Shown here: piece after piece, positions 48,981 to 61,524 of the stretch
Layout: each line of letters begins with the position of its first letter
How positions within the stretch are numbered: position 1 is the first letter of the stretch
NCBI GenBank assembly: GCA_012837735.1
Contig: DUQP01000036.1
Coordinates: 7,152-71,151, forward strand
Length of the DNA stretch: 64,000 bases
Origin: Bacillota bacterium
GTDB taxonomy: Bacteria > Bacillota > Sulfobacillia > UBA3575 > DUQP01
Direction: 5' to 3'
The notes under the pieces: generated by a model
The model's input: the letters and a program-made list of their open reading frames with translations, nothing else
Databases searched by the model: none
What the model was told of the DNA's origin: nothing
Position numbers and translations under genes: made by a program

Positions 48981-51125
48981 CTATTCCGGCTGCACCCGCT
49001 CCATCACGAAAAACTCCAGGGTGTCACCTTCCTTAATGTCGTTGAATCTGTCCACACCAATCCCGCATTCGTAGCCAGCATTGACTTCGCGGACGTCGTC
49101 TTTGAAACGTTTTAGAGAAATCAATGGGCCTTCATGTAATACGACTCCGTCGCGAATCACCCGCACTTGCGAGCGACTGGTGACTTTACCTTCCGTGATA
49201 TAGCAACCTGCCACCACGCCCACCTTCGGCACCTTGAACGTGGCCCGAACATCCGCCCGGCCTTGCTCCACCTCGTGCCAGGTGGGTTCCAGCATACCCT
49301 TCAAAGCGGCCGTAATATCGTCCAGGGCTTCATAGATCACCCGGTAAGTACGCACGTCAACCTTTTCCCGCTCCGCTGCCTGGCGGGCACCAGCATCCGG
49401 TCGCACATTAAATCCAATCACGATGGCGTCGGAAGCAGAGGCCAACATAATATCTGATTCCACGATCGCCCCCACACCACCGTGCAACACGCGCAGCCGC
49501 ACATCTTGCTGGTCTATCTTTTCCAACGCTTGTTCCAGGGCTTCCACAGAACCCTGGACATCCGCTTTCACGACCAGGTTGAGCTCCTTGAGCTCTCCCT
49601 CCCGCATCCGATTGAACAAATCATCCAATGAAACGCGCTGCTTTTGCTCCATTTCACGCGTACGTTGCAGGCTCTGCCGCTTCCCGGCGATTTCGCGTGC
49701 TTGTTTTTCATCCGCCAAAACGATCAGCTCGTCGCCCGCTTGCGGGACTCCAGATAACCCCTGCACCTCCACCGGTATCGCCGGCCCAGCTTCAGTCAAG
49801 CGCCGTCCACGGTCATCAATCATAGCGCGCACCCGGCCGCTTACTAACCCTGCCACCAATGGATCACCGACGCGGAGAGTACCGTTTTGAACCAGGACGG
49901 TCGCTACCGGACCCCGGCCCCGGTCAAGACGCGCCTCGATCACAACACCACGCGCCTTCCGGCCAGGATCGGCCTTCAATTCTTGCATCTCGCCGATCAA
50001 CAACAACATCTCAAGCAGTTCATCAAGACCGGCCTTGGTTACGGCTGAGACGGGCACACAAACTGTTGTCCCACCCCACTCCTCAGGCACTAACCCGTAG
50101 TCTACCAGCTGTTGTTTTACCCGATCCGGATTGGCACCCGGTTTATCTATTTTGTTGATCGCCACCAAAATCGGCACTCCGGCCGCTTTGGCATGGTTAA
50201 TGGCCTCTACGGTTTGGGGCATCACTCCGTCGTCCGCCGCCACCACTAAAATCACGATATCGGTGACCTGCGCACCGCGCGCGCGTAACGATGTAAATGC
50301 TTCGTGGCCGGGGGTATCTAAGAAAACTACCCGGCGATTATCCACTTCTACTACCGAGGCACCAATATGTTGTGTGATTCCACCCGCTTCCCCCTGGGCC
50401 ACCTTGCTCTTGCGAATCGCATCCAGCAACGATGTCTTGCCATGGTCCACATGTCCCATCACGGTCACAACCGGTGATCTGGGCTTCAGCCGCACTGGAT
50501 CGTCTTCTTCCTCCGGGAGCGCAAACGGATCATCCGGTTCCTCCGGCAGACGTTCTTCCACCTGGTAGCCCAGTTCCTTGGCCAACGAGGCCGCCGTATG
50601 GCCATCCACCCGTTCATTGATAGCCACCATGATCCCCAAACCCATCATGCGCCTGATGATTTCGTTCGGCGGCAAATTCAGCCGTTCCGCCAGTTCTCGC
50701 ACGGTCATGGCACCTTCGATTACCACCGGCCCCTCTGGCACCCGGGCCGTCCGCTCGGAGGATTGCTCGGCTACCTCCCTGGTTCTTTTTCGTTTGCTCT
50801 TGCGCCGGTTGGGGCGCGGACGTGGGAGAGTTCCGGGTTTGGCCTTGCGGTCGCCACCGGGCTTCTTTTGCACAACTCCTGCTTTTTCCACTTCTTTAGG
50901 TGGACTTTGTGCAGACCGCTCTTCAGTTGCGTTTGGCATGTCAGGTACTTTGGGTTCCTTTTTGCCAAGATTCTGGAGAAATTCAACCACCTGGGCAGCC
51001 TCGGTCTCTGTGACGGAACTCATGTGGTTCTTTACGTGCACGCCGATCTGTTCCAGGCCCCAGACTACCTCCCGGCTACTAACCTTCAGCTCTTTACTTA
51101 TTTCATACACTCGTTTTTTACTCAA
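48981..51125 (-). CDS. infB: Translation initiation factor IF-2
   Basis: 714 aa; GTPase G1-G4 ([18 protein letters not shown]). Confidence 0.95.
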   Translation of the reverse strand: MSKKRVYEISKELKVSSREVVWGLEQIGVHVKNHMSSVTETEAAQVVEFLQNLGKKEPKVPDMPNATEERSAQSPPKEVEKAGVVQKKPGGDRKAKPGTLPRPRPNRRKSKRKRTREVAEQSSERTARVPEGPVVIEGAMTVRELAERLNLPPNEIIRRMMGLGIMVAINERVDGHTAASLAKELGYQVEERLPEEPDDPFALPEEEDDPVRLKPRSPVVTVMGHVDHGKTSLLDAIRKSKVAQGEAGGITQHIGASVVEVDNRRVVFLDTPGHEAFTSLRARGAQVTDIVILVVAADDGVMPQTVEAINHAKAAGVPILVAINKIDKPGANPDRVKQQLVDYGLVPEEWGGTTVCVPVSAVTKAGLDELLEMLLLIGEMQELKADPGRKARGVVIEARLDRGRGPVATVLVQNGTLRVGDPLVAGLVSGRVRAMIDDRGRRLTEAGPAIPVEVQGLSGVPQAGDELIVLADEKQAREIAGKRQSLQRTREMEQKQRVSLDDLFNRMREGELKELNLVVKADVQGSVEALEQALEKIDQQDVRLRVLHGGVGAIVESDIMLASASDAIVIGFNVRPDAGARQAAEREKVDVRTYRVIYEALDDITAALKGMLEPTWHEVEQGRADVRATFKVPKVGVVAGCYITEGKVTSRSQVRVIRDGVVLHEGPLISLKRFKDDVREVNAGYECGIGVDRFNDIKEGDTLEFFVMERVQPE

Positions 51126-51127
51126 TC

Positions 51128-51463
51128 TTACACCCCCATCTGATCGGCCCCCACTTCTCCTTTTCCGGACAGGATCTTTTCGATCTCTTGCGCAAAACCT
51201 GCATCTTTGATTACAACTACAGCCTTCGGATCGGTCCCCAAAGCTGCTCCCAATTTTCCCTTCGTGCTGAAAAACTTTACCGGCACACCCTTCCGCTGCC
51301 CCTCAGTCAGAAAATCAGCGCGCGTGCTGCGACCGGCATCCTCAGCCACGATTACCAGGTGGGCCTTTCCTTGCGCCAGGGCTTCGCGGCCAGCGGCGCT
51401 GCCCGCCACCACCTGACCTGCTCTCCTGGCCAAACCGAGCAAGGATGCCACTTTCTCAAACAA
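51128..51463 (-). CDS. ylxQ: L7Ae-family RNA-binding protein YlxQ
   Basis: 111 aa L7Ae fold located between ylxR and infB. Confidence 0.75.
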   Translation of the reverse strand: MFEKVASLLGLARRAGQVVAGSAAGREALAQGKAHLVIVAEDAGRSTRADFLTEGQRKGVPVKFFSTKGKLGAALGTDPKAVVVIKDAGFAQEIEKILSGKGEVGADQMGV

Positions 51464-51728
51464 TGTTCCCCAACTCCTGGCGCAAAGCGGATATCTTTTC
51501 CGGACTGATGCTGGTATTTAACGCTCTTTCCAGCTGCTTGGCCCGCAGGGCGGCCTCCAGGCAAGCCGGGGCAGAGCAGATATAGGCACCCCGGCCAGCT
51601 TTCTTGCCCGTCAGGTCCACCACTACCTCACCCTCCGGAGTGCGGACGATCCGTACCAGTTCCCGCTTCTGCCGCACTTGACGACAACCGATACAAGTCC
51701 GCTGCGGTACTCTGCGCACCCTCACCAA
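51456..51728 (-). CDS. ylxR: YlxR (DUF448) RNA-binding protein
   Basis: 90 aa; RTCIGCR zinc-ribbon-like motif. Confidence 0.8.
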   Translation of the reverse strand: MVRVRRVPQRTCIGCRQVRQKRELVRIVRTPEGEVVVDLTGKKAGRGAYICSAPACLEAALRAKQLERALNTSISPEKISALRQELGNIV

Positions 51729-51787
51729 GGTTAAACCTCCTCATCCTGAGTGATACCCTCAGTATCCATCTGCGTTAATTCTGCCGG

Positions 51788-52873
51788 TCAGGAATCATCG
51801 TTCCCCTCCAACAGTTGGCTTTCGCTCCTGATGTCCACCTTCCATCCGGTCAGTTTCGCTGCCAAGCGGGCGTTTTGTCCCTCTTTGCCAATCGCCAGTG
51901 ATAGTTGATAATCCGGCACTACTACCTGCCCGATCTTCGCCTCCTCATCGACCGTCACACTGATCACCTTGGCCGGACTGAGGGCGTTGGCAATGTATTG
52001 CGCGGGTCTAGGATCCCAACGCACGATATCGATCTTTTCGCCCCGCAATTCGCGCACAATTGCCTGCACGCGCAAACCCTTTTGCCCCACACAAGCCCCT
52101 ACCGGATCTATATTCTCATCACTGGTGTGCACGGCAATTTTGGAACGGAAGCCCGCCTCCCGGGCGATCCCGCGAATCTCCACCAATCCGTCGTGGATCT
52201 CGGGCACTTCCAACTCGAACAATCGTTTTAATAAGCCGGGGTGAGTGCGGGAAACCAGGATTTGTGGTCCTTTGGTGGTGCGCCGCACCTCTACGATATA
52301 CGCTTTCAGGCGCTCACCCTGCCGGTAGACTTCACCCGGCATTTGTTCCAACGGGGGCAAGATCGCCTCCGCCCGCCCTAATTCCAGGTAGACATTACGG
52401 CCGTCGGCACGATTCACCACACCAGTGACGATATCTCCTTCACGGCTGTAGAATTCCTCGAAAATCACACCCCGTTCCGCCTCCCGAATGCGCTGCACCA
52501 CCACCTGCTTGGCGGTCTGGGCAGCAATGCGGCCGAATTCCCGCGGTGTGACTTCTTCCTCAACGAAATCTCCCACCTGGTAGTTCGGGTTAAGCCGGCG
52601 CGCCTCATTCAAAACGACTTGCTCTTGCTCCCGGCCTGCTTCCAATTCCGCCACTACTTCACGCCGCTTAAAGACCTTGATCCCGCCGTTTTCACGGTCG
52701 ATCGTCACGGCTACATTTTGAGACGAGCCGAAGTTGCGCCGGTAGGCGGAAATGAGAGCCGCCTCAATTGTCTCCAGCAGCACTTCTTTTTCGATGCCCT
52801 TTTCTTCTGCAATTTGTTCCAGAGCACCGAGAAACTCGGAATTCATGCCAGCTCCCCCCTTACCGTCCCCCAA
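51788..52873 (-). CDS. nusA: Transcription termination/antitermination factor NusA
   Basis: 361 aa; N-terminal domain, S1 and two KH domains. Confidence 0.95.
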   Translation of the reverse strand: MGDGKGGAGMNSEFLGALEQIAEEKGIEKEVLLETIEAALISAYRRNFGSSQNVAVTIDRENGGIKVFKRREVVAELEAGREQEQVVLNEARRLNPNYQVGDFVEEEVTPREFGRIAAQTAKQVVVQRIREAERGVIFEEFYSREGDIVTGVVNRADGRNVYLELGRAEAILPPLEQMPGEVYRQGERLKAYIVEVRRTTKGPQILVSRTHPGLLKRLFELEVPEIHDGLVEIRGIAREAGFRSKIAVHTSDENIDPVGACVGQKGLRVQAIVRELRGEKIDIVRWDPRPAQYIANALSPAKVISVTVDEEAKIGQVVVPDYQLSLAIGKEGQNARLAAKLTGWKVDIRSESQLLEGNDDS

Positions 52874-53339
52874 AATCTATCTCCGGCACCAAACGGGCCC
52901 GGGCAATGCCATCAAGTGCTAACCATTCTTCGCTCCCGTTGTCCAGCCGCACCCCGACACGACCACCCACCAGCCCCAGCAGTTCCCCTTCCAGCTGGCG
53001 CCTTCCCATCTGCGGCGCAAACAACTTCACATGCACACGTCGGCCGGCAAACTTTACAAAGTCCGCTTCTTTTTTCAGCGGCCGGTCCAAACCAGGTGAA
53101 GAAACCTCCAAATAATAATTGCCAGGTACGATATCAATTTCATCCAACCGGGCGCTGAATCGTTCGCTGACCTTTTGGCAATCATCCAGGGTAATGCCTC
53201 GCTCGCTCTCCAGGAAAACGCGCAGGATGCACCGCCTGCCCTCGCGCACAAATTCAACCTCTACAACGCCCAGACCCAGGGAACCAGCCAACTCCTGCGC
53301 CATCTGCTCCACCTGGCCAAGCCAACCTGCCTGTGTCAA
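52860..53339 (-). CDS. rimP: Ribosome maturation factor RimP
   Basis: 159 aa; first gene of the nusA-infB operon. Confidence 0.85.
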   Translation of the reverse strand: MTQAGWLGQVEQMAQELAGSLGLGVVEVEFVREGRRCILRVFLESERGITLDDCQKVSERFSARLDEIDIVPGNYYLEVSSPGLDRPLKKEADFVKFAGRRVHVKLFAPQMGRRQLEGELLGLVGGRVGVRLDNGSEEWLALDGIARARLVPEIDFGGR

Positions 53340-53387
53340 ACCTCTCGCTCCTTTCGCGCACTGCCATTTTCGGTCGAATAACAGGAA

Positions 53388-53408
53388 AGAGTGGGCTCAA
53401 CCCACTCT
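53388..53408 (-). promoter_or_regulatory. Leader hairpin of rimP-nusA-infB operon (candidate NusA-dependent autoregulatory terminator)
   Basis: AGAGTGGG-ctcaa-CCCACTCT perfect 8-bp stem; on the minus strand it is followed by an interrupted U-tract (UUUCCUGUUAUU), 45 nt before the rimP start. Confidence 0.45.
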
Positions 53409-53441
53409 CAAGCGACAACGTTGGCGCGATTCATCTCGTCC

Positions 53442-53470
53442 ATTATACCATGCCCCGGAGGGGATAGCAA
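53442..53470 (-). promoter_or_regulatory. Sigma-A promoter of rimP-nusA-infB operon (TTGCTA-N17-TGGTATAAT)
   Basis: Minus strand: -35 TTGCTA, 17-nt spacer, perfect extended -10 TGGTATAAT. Confidence 0.6.
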
Positions 53471-53494
53471 GGTGTGGTAAAGTTGACATAACCT

Positions 53495-54157
53495 TCAACC
53501 GCGCTTAATCTCCAATACCCCGGGCACATTATACAGGGTTTCTGCCAGGCGCTCCGGCGGCAAATTGATCGGGTACTGAACATCGAAATGAATCAACACC
53601 AGGTTCTTGTCCAACTGTTGGATATGCACATCGACAATGTTGACTGATTGTGTTCCCAACGCAGATCCGAGCTGTCCTAACAACCCGGGTTCGTCCCGCG
53701 CCGTGACCGTCAAACGCCGCACCCGCCGGCGGGCCAAAAGCAGCCTGTCCACCTTGCCCAAAAAAACCAGGGCCAAAAGGACAATGGTGGCGGTCATGAC
53801 CGCTTCCAGGAAGAAACCCGCTCCCACCGCCAACCCTACGCCGGCCACCACCCACAAACTGGCAGCGGTGGTCAAACCACGCACAGTAATGCCCTCCCGC
53901 AGGATGGTACCGGCACCCAAAAAGCCAATCCCACTCACCACCTGGGCAGCGATGCGGGCCGGGTCGGCGTTTGTCTCCCCTTTATATAGACCATAAACGT
54001 TCAAAGAAACCATCATTATCAAAGCAGCACCAGTGCAAACGAGCAAGTGGGTACGCAAACCGGCGGGGCGATTCATGCTTTCTCGCTCCAAGCCGATTAA
54101 GCCCCCCAACACAGCGGCCATCAACAACCTGCTGCCGGTTTCCAGGTATGCCTCCAC
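53495..54157 (-). CDS. mgtC: MgtC/SapB family membrane protein
   Basis: 220 aa; MgtC N-terminal TM domain and a C-terminal ACT-like domain. Confidence 0.75.
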   Translation of the reverse strand: MEAYLETGSRLLMAAVLGGLIGLERESMNRPAGLRTHLLVCTGAALIMMVSLNVYGLYKGETNADPARIAAQVVSGIGFLGAGTILREGITVRGLTTAASLWVVAGVGLAVGAGFFLEAVMTATIVLLALVFLGKVDRLLLARRRVRRLTVTARDEPGLLGQLGSALGTQSVNIVDVHIQQLDKNLVLIHFDVQYPINLPPERLAETLYNVPGVLEIKRG

Positions 54158-54158
54158 C

Positions 54159-54818
54159 CTAACCCCTTCCTTGTCGTGGTGGGTTGACCAGCTCCTCCGT
54201 CAAATAGGCCGCGATTTCCCAATACATCTTGAAACGAGCCGTCAAGCCCTTCCACACGCCAAGCTTTTCTTCTTTCATGTGATGAGTTAAGTCGGGCAAA
54301 ACCACTTCAGCAGACCGCACTCCGAATTTGCGTGAATATTGCGTGAGTGCTACTTCCACGCCAAAGCGCGTCATCTCCAGATCAGAAATGTTTTCCAGCA
54401 ACGTGCGCCGAACGGCCCGTTGTCCGGAAAGATAAGGGGCGACTGCCTGGGCCAGGTCGGTGGCGATGCGCCCTTGCGTAAAAATGCCGATCGACATCTG
54501 CGCCGATCCATTCAGCACCGGTTCCAAAAGGGCACTGACGTGGGTCTCGGTTAAACCGATCAAATCAGCATCGAGAAACAACAAAATCTCCTCAGTACTG
54601 CTGTCGATCCCCACCTTGAGCGCCGCACCCTTGCCCCGATTTTCGGGCAGTTCGATCACTTCCGCCCCAGCAGCCCGCGCCATGGTAGCGGTATTATCCA
54701 CCGAACCATCACTGACCACCAAGACCCGATTTACCAACGGGGAAGCCACGACCACCCGCACTACGTCAGCCACCGTCTTTTCTTCATTATAAGCCGGAAT
54801 TACCGCAGCTACACCCAT
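54159..54818 (-). CDS. Family 2 glycosyltransferase (short GT-A)
   Basis: 219 aa; VIPAYNEE start and a DxD-type motif (FLDADL). Confidence 0.7.
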   Translation of the reverse strand: MGVAAVIPAYNEEKTVADVVRVVVASPLVNRVLVVSDGSVDNTATMARAAGAEVIELPENRGKGAALKVGIDSSTEEILLFLDADLIGLTETHVSALLEPVLNGSAQMSIGIFTQGRIATDLAQAVAPYLSGQRAVRRTLLENISDLEMTRFGVEVALTQYSRKFGVRSAEVVLPDLTHHMKEEKLGVWKGLTARFKMYWEIAAYLTEELVNPPRQGRG

Positions 54819-54889
54819 TCGGACCCCTCCGCCTTATGACCGCTATCCAATTCCCCATTTCGAGGTTCGGACCGCCATTCCCTGCCAGG

Positions 54890-57443
<2,554 letters not shown>

Positions 57444-57450
57444 CCCTCCC

Positions 57451-58500
57451 TTACAGACCCAATCGCAGGATATCCCAATATAAAACGATCAGGCTCAGGA
57501 ACAAAAGCGTCATCAAGCCCACGAAATGAATTATGCCTTCCCGTTGGGGATCAACCGGTCGGCCCCGCACCGCTTCCAGGGCCAAAAAGGCCAACCGGCT
57601 GCCGTCCAGGGCAGGCAGGGGCAAAAAATTTATGATCGCGATCACGGCGTTCAAAGCACCGGTTAAATGCAACAGATAGCCTGGGCCCAATGTAACGGCG
57701 CGACTGAGCATGCTCGCTATCCCAACCGGGCCGGTCAAATCCGCTTCCAACTGCCGCGTCACGACCATCGCCATCCCCTCAAACCACGCCACAGTCATGC
57801 CCAGCGTGCGGCCCATGCCTAATCCCAGGCCTTTCCAAAACCCATATTTTTCACTGGTGATCTCCGGTCGCACGCCGATGAATCCACCGCTACCGGTGTC
57901 AGGATTATTTGTGGGCACCAGGGTAACAGACAGCTCTGCCCCATCTCGTTCCACCACAACGTTGATCTCTTGCCCAGCATATTGATCAAACGCCGCCACC
58001 ATTTCGTTCCAGCTATGGACCGGTTCCCCAGCCACAAAGATGATGCGGTCGCCAGCGCGTAGTCCCGCTTGCTGGGCCGGATAGTTCGGCAACGTTTCAC
58101 CAATTACTGTACTGGCGGGATCCGCTACCGGAATGCCGACCCAAGCGAACAGGACAGTGAAAGCCAGGACGGCCATCAGGTAATTCATGGCCGGTCCGGC
58201 CGCAATTACTGCCTTCCGCTGCCAAACCGTCTTGTCTCTGAAACCGCGTCCCGGCAGCGCCTCATCCTCCAGATCTGTACCCGCCATCCGGACAAACCCC
58301 AGCACCGGGAATAGCCGCCAGCTATAGGTGGTCTCCCCCCGCTGCACATCGAACAGGACTGGCCCAATCCCGATGGCAAACTCATCCACCTGGATGCCGA
58401 CTCGCTTGGCAGCGACAAAGTGACCAAATTCGTGCACTATGATGAGGGAGGCAAAAATCAATATGGCAATGACAACGTTCACGATGCGCCCCCTTCCCAA
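57451..58500 (-). CDS. rseP: Site-2 (RIP) zinc metalloprotease RseP/RasP
   Basis: HEFGHF zinc motif, PDZ domain, LDG motif. Confidence 0.85.
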   Translation of the reverse strand: MGRGRIVNVVIAILIFASLIIVHEFGHFVAAKRVGIQVDEFAIGIGPVLFDVQRGETTYSWRLFPVLGFVRMAGTDLEDEALPGRGFRDKTVWQRKAVIAAGPAMNYLMAVLAFTVLFAWVGIPVADPASTVIGETLPNYPAQQAGLRAGDRIIFVAGEPVHSWNEMVAAFDQYAGQEINVVVERDGAELSVTLVPTNNPDTGSGGFIGVRPEITSEKYGFWKGLGLGMGRTLGMTVAWFEGMAMVVTRQLEADLTGPVGIASMLSRAVTLGPGYLLHLTGALNAVIAIINFLPLPALDGSRLAFLALEAVRGRPVDPQREGIIHFVGLMTLLFLSLIVLYWDILRLGL

Positions 58501-59639
58501 TGGTCAATGAGCTGCTGGGCTAGCCGGCGTCCTTCTTGATCGGCCGCTAACACCGCAGGCAGATCATCAGCAGGTCGCTCGTTATGGCGTTCCAATACCT
58601 GCGCCACTATTTCGGGGATCGCTAAAAACTCGATCCGGTCTTGCAAAAAAGCAGCCACCGCCACCTCGTTGGCAGCATTCAGGGCCGCTGGGGCGGTGCC
58701 ACCGCGACGGCCGGCTTCCCGGGCCAATGTCAAACAGGGAAATGTCTCGTCATCCGGTGCCATAAACTGCAACTGACCCACCTGCAGCAAATCCAAGCCC
58801 GGCAACCCGGCGGCCACCCGTTCCGGATATGTGAGGGCATAGAGAATAGGATGGCGCATGTCAGTCGGTCCCAATTGGGCCACGATCGACCCGTCTTGGA
58901 ATTCCACCAGGGAATGTACAATGCTTTGCGGATGCACAACCACATCTATAGCGTCAAGCGCGGCACCAAACAGCCAATGGGCCTCCAGCACTTCCAAACC
59001 CTTATTCATCATGGTGGCAGAATCAACGCTGATCTTGGCTCCCATCTGCCAGCGCGGATGCCGCAGGGCCTCCCGCCGGGTTACTCCCCGCAACTGGGAA
59101 CGGCGTTTACCCCAAAACGGGCCACCAGAGGCAGTCAAAATCAAGCGGCGCAGGTAGGGGCGGTTTTCCCCGGCCAGGCATTGCAAAATGGCACTGTGTT
59201 CACTGTCTACCGGCAGAATCACGGCACCGTTTGCGCAGGCCGTATCCATCAGCAGCTGGCCGCCAACCACCAGGCTTTCTTTGTTCGCCAGTGCAATCAC
59301 CTTGCCGGCCTTTGCGCCCGCCAGGATTGGCACGAGACCGGCCATCCCCACGACCGCCCCCACCAAAACATCCGCTTCCGGCATAGTGGCCACTGCCACC
59401 AAACCTTCCTCACCAGCCAAGACCTGAATGCCGGTACCAGCAAGTTCCTGCCGACAGGCGGCAGCCGCCGCTTCGTCCGCTAAGGCCACCAACTGGGGAC
59501 GAAACTCCCGCGCCTGGGACACCACCGTGCGCACATCACGGTTGGCGCTGACAGCCACGACCCGGAACCGCTCCGGCAACCGCCTTACTATATCAAGGGT
59601 TTGGGTCCCAATTGAACCGGTAGCCCCTAAGACACTCAA
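58479..59639 (-). CDS. dxr: 1-deoxy-D-xylulose 5-phosphate reductoisomerase
   Basis: 386 aa; N-terminal GATGSIG NADPH-binding motif. Confidence 0.95.
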   Translation of the reverse strand: MSVLGATGSIGTQTLDIVRRLPERFRVVAVSANRDVRTVVSQAREFRPQLVALADEAAAAACRQELAGTGIQVLAGEEGLVAVATMPEADVLVGAVVGMAGLVPILAGAKAGKVIALANKESLVVGGQLLMDTACANGAVILPVDSEHSAILQCLAGENRPYLRRLILTASGGPFWGKRRSQLRGVTRREALRHPRWQMGAKISVDSATMMNKGLEVLEAHWLFGAALDAIDVVVHPQSIVHSLVEFQDGSIVAQLGPTDMRHPILYALTYPERVAAGLPGLDLLQVGQLQFMAPDDETFPCLTLAREAGRRGGTAPAALNAANEVAVAAFLQDRIEFLAIPEIVAQVLERHNERPADDLPAVLAADQEGRRLAQQLIDHWEGGAS

Positions 59640-59654
59640 CCTTCGCAGGATAAT

Positions 59655-60734
59655 CTACCCCCTATGGCTGTGGTTTGGCCCTCCCAATACCGGGAAGGCA
59701 CCCGCCTCAGCCAAAGCCTTCACCATCACGGCTCCCAACGGGCCAACAACAAATCCGACCACCCCAAATACCCGCACTGCGATATACATGGATAGCAAAA
59801 TGGCCAGCGGGTGCACTCCAAGTCTGTCCCCGACAATTTTCGGCTCCACGATTTGGCGCACCAAAGTCAAGACCCCCAGTAATGCCAGCAACTGGATACC
59901 AAAAGCCAAATTTCCTTGCATAAGCATAAAGCAAGCCCATGGTGCCAATATGGCTGTCGGGCCAAGGAAAGGCACCAAATCCAACACCCCGGCGCAAATC
60001 CCCAGAATGAGAGCGTAATCTGCTCCCATTATCCACAAGCCCAGAGACGTCAAGACAGTCGTGATCAGAACGATGATCAATTGTGCTTTCAGAAATCCAA
60101 TTGCGCCACCCAATACCTCTCTTTGCAGGTGCCATGCCGCGTCCTCCCATTGGTCTGGCAACAAAGACAGGGCAAACGAGGACAGCATCTCTTGGTCGCG
60201 CACGAGGAAAAAAGCTGTCAAACAGGCCACCGCCAGCGTCAACATGATATTGCCGACCACGCTCGGCAAAGCCACCACCCATTCCAGAGTAGTGCTCAGC
60301 ATGTTTCTCAAGTTACCATACAAATCAGACAGCTGGCTGTACAAGCTTTCCGCCAGAGAGGGCGGCAAAAACTCCAGGCTGGTGTTGGCAAACGTGCCGA
60401 AAGAATCAAGCCAATGGACTGTTTGATCCACCAGCAGGCGGTAATACATGGGAATGGAGCTGTAAAGCGAAGCGGCCTCCCCCACCAACCGCGCTACCAC
60501 CAAGATCACCCCGCAGGCAGCCACTCCCAAAACGATTATCAGGCTGCCCCCAGCCGCCCAACTGCGCGGAAGGCGAAAACGGTCACGCAAGAACTTGGCT
60601 ATGGGGCGGATTAAGGCAGCCAATGGCACCGCAATCAAGAACGGCAGCACATAAGGGATCGCATATAACACAAACCAGACAAATAATAGCAAAAATACGG
60701 TCAGGCTAAGGAGCGAAACGAAAAATTGGCGCAT
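59655..60734 (-). CDS. AI-2E family transporter (UPF0118 / PerM-YtvI-like)
   Basis: 359 aa, 8 TM, typical AI-2E architecture; inserted between dxr and cdsA. Confidence 0.7.
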   Translation of the reverse strand: MRQFFVSLLSLTVFLLLFVWFVLYAIPYVLPFLIAVPLAALIRPIAKFLRDRFRLPRSWAAGGSLIIVLGVAACGVILVVARLVGEAASLYSSIPMYYRLLVDQTVHWLDSFGTFANTSLEFLPPSLAESLYSQLSDLYGNLRNMLSTTLEWVVALPSVVGNIMLTLAVACLTAFFLVRDQEMLSSFALSLLPDQWEDAAWHLQREVLGGAIGFLKAQLIIVLITTVLTSLGLWIMGADYALILGICAGVLDLVPFLGPTAILAPWACFMLMQGNLAFGIQLLALLGVLTLVRQIVEPKIVGDRLGVHPLAILLSMYIAVRVFGVVGFVVGPLGAVMVKALAEAGAFPVLGGPNHSHRG

Positions 60735-60749
60735 ATTTCCATCACCCCC

Positions 60750-61523
60750 TTAACCCATCATGAGCACCGCGAAATAGTATACAAACGGTCCGGCAAACAA
60801 GAGCGCATCAAAGCGATCCAAGAAGCCTCCATGACCCGGAATTATGTTGCCCGAGTCCTTCACACCACAGTACCGTTTCAACCCCGATTCCACCAAATCC
60901 CCGGCTTGAGCGGCAATGGAGATTAACAGTCCCAAGCATCCCCCGTACCAAGGGCTGTAGCCCAACTCCGGCATGATCACAGCGGCGATCAAGGCAGCAG
61001 CGATGAGGCCAGCCACTGCTCCTTCGACGGATTTTTTAGGGCTGATGGCAGGCGCCAGTCGCCGATGCCCAAACCGCAGCCCCAAAAAATATGCTGCCGT
61101 GTCAGACGCCCAAACAGCCAGCACGACTAGAAAAGCCAGCTCCCGTCCTTGCGGCAAGTCCCGCACGGCCACTAAGTGAGCTAGCAAAAAGCCCACGTAA
61201 GCAACCCCAAAAACCGTCAGACCCCAATCAACTAGATTATATGTCCGGCCGGCGCCAACCTGCTGCATTCCGGCAATAATCACCGCCAATGTCAGCATCA
61301 GACCCCACCAGTCGTTGCCAGCCAAAACGCAAATTAGGGCTCCCCCAGTCACAACCACAAGATCAGGGGCATGGTCACGGCCTCGCAATATGGACACATA
61401 CTCCCAAGCAGCAAACAGGGCGATCAAAGCAATCAAAATCCGCAGGGGCCAGCCGCCCACGTATAATAGAAAAAGGAAAATCGGAATCCCAATCAGGGCG
61501 CTCACGACTCGCTGCCGCAACAT
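60750..61523 (-). CDS. cdsA: Phosphatidate cytidylyltransferase
   Basis: 257 aa polytopic; C-terminal CTP-transferase signature region. Confidence 0.85.
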   Translation of the reverse strand: MLRQRVVSALIGIPIFLFLLYVGGWPLRILIALIALFAAWEYVSILRGRDHAPDLVVVTGGALICVLAGNDWWGLMLTLAVIIAGMQQVGAGRTYNLVDWGLTVFGVAYVGFLLAHLVAVRDLPQGRELAFLVVLAVWASDTAAYFLGLRFGHRRLAPAISPKKSVEGAVAGLIAAALIAAVIMPELGYSPWYGGCLGLLISIAAQAGDLVESGLKRYCGVKDSGNIIPGHGGFLDRFDALLFAGPFVYYFAVLMMG

Positions 61524-61524
61524 G

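Noticed and set aside
58641-59483. 280-aa plus-strand ORF inside dxr
   Set aside because: Antisense to dxr, an unambiguous conserved gene; His/Gln/Gly-rich nonsense composition.
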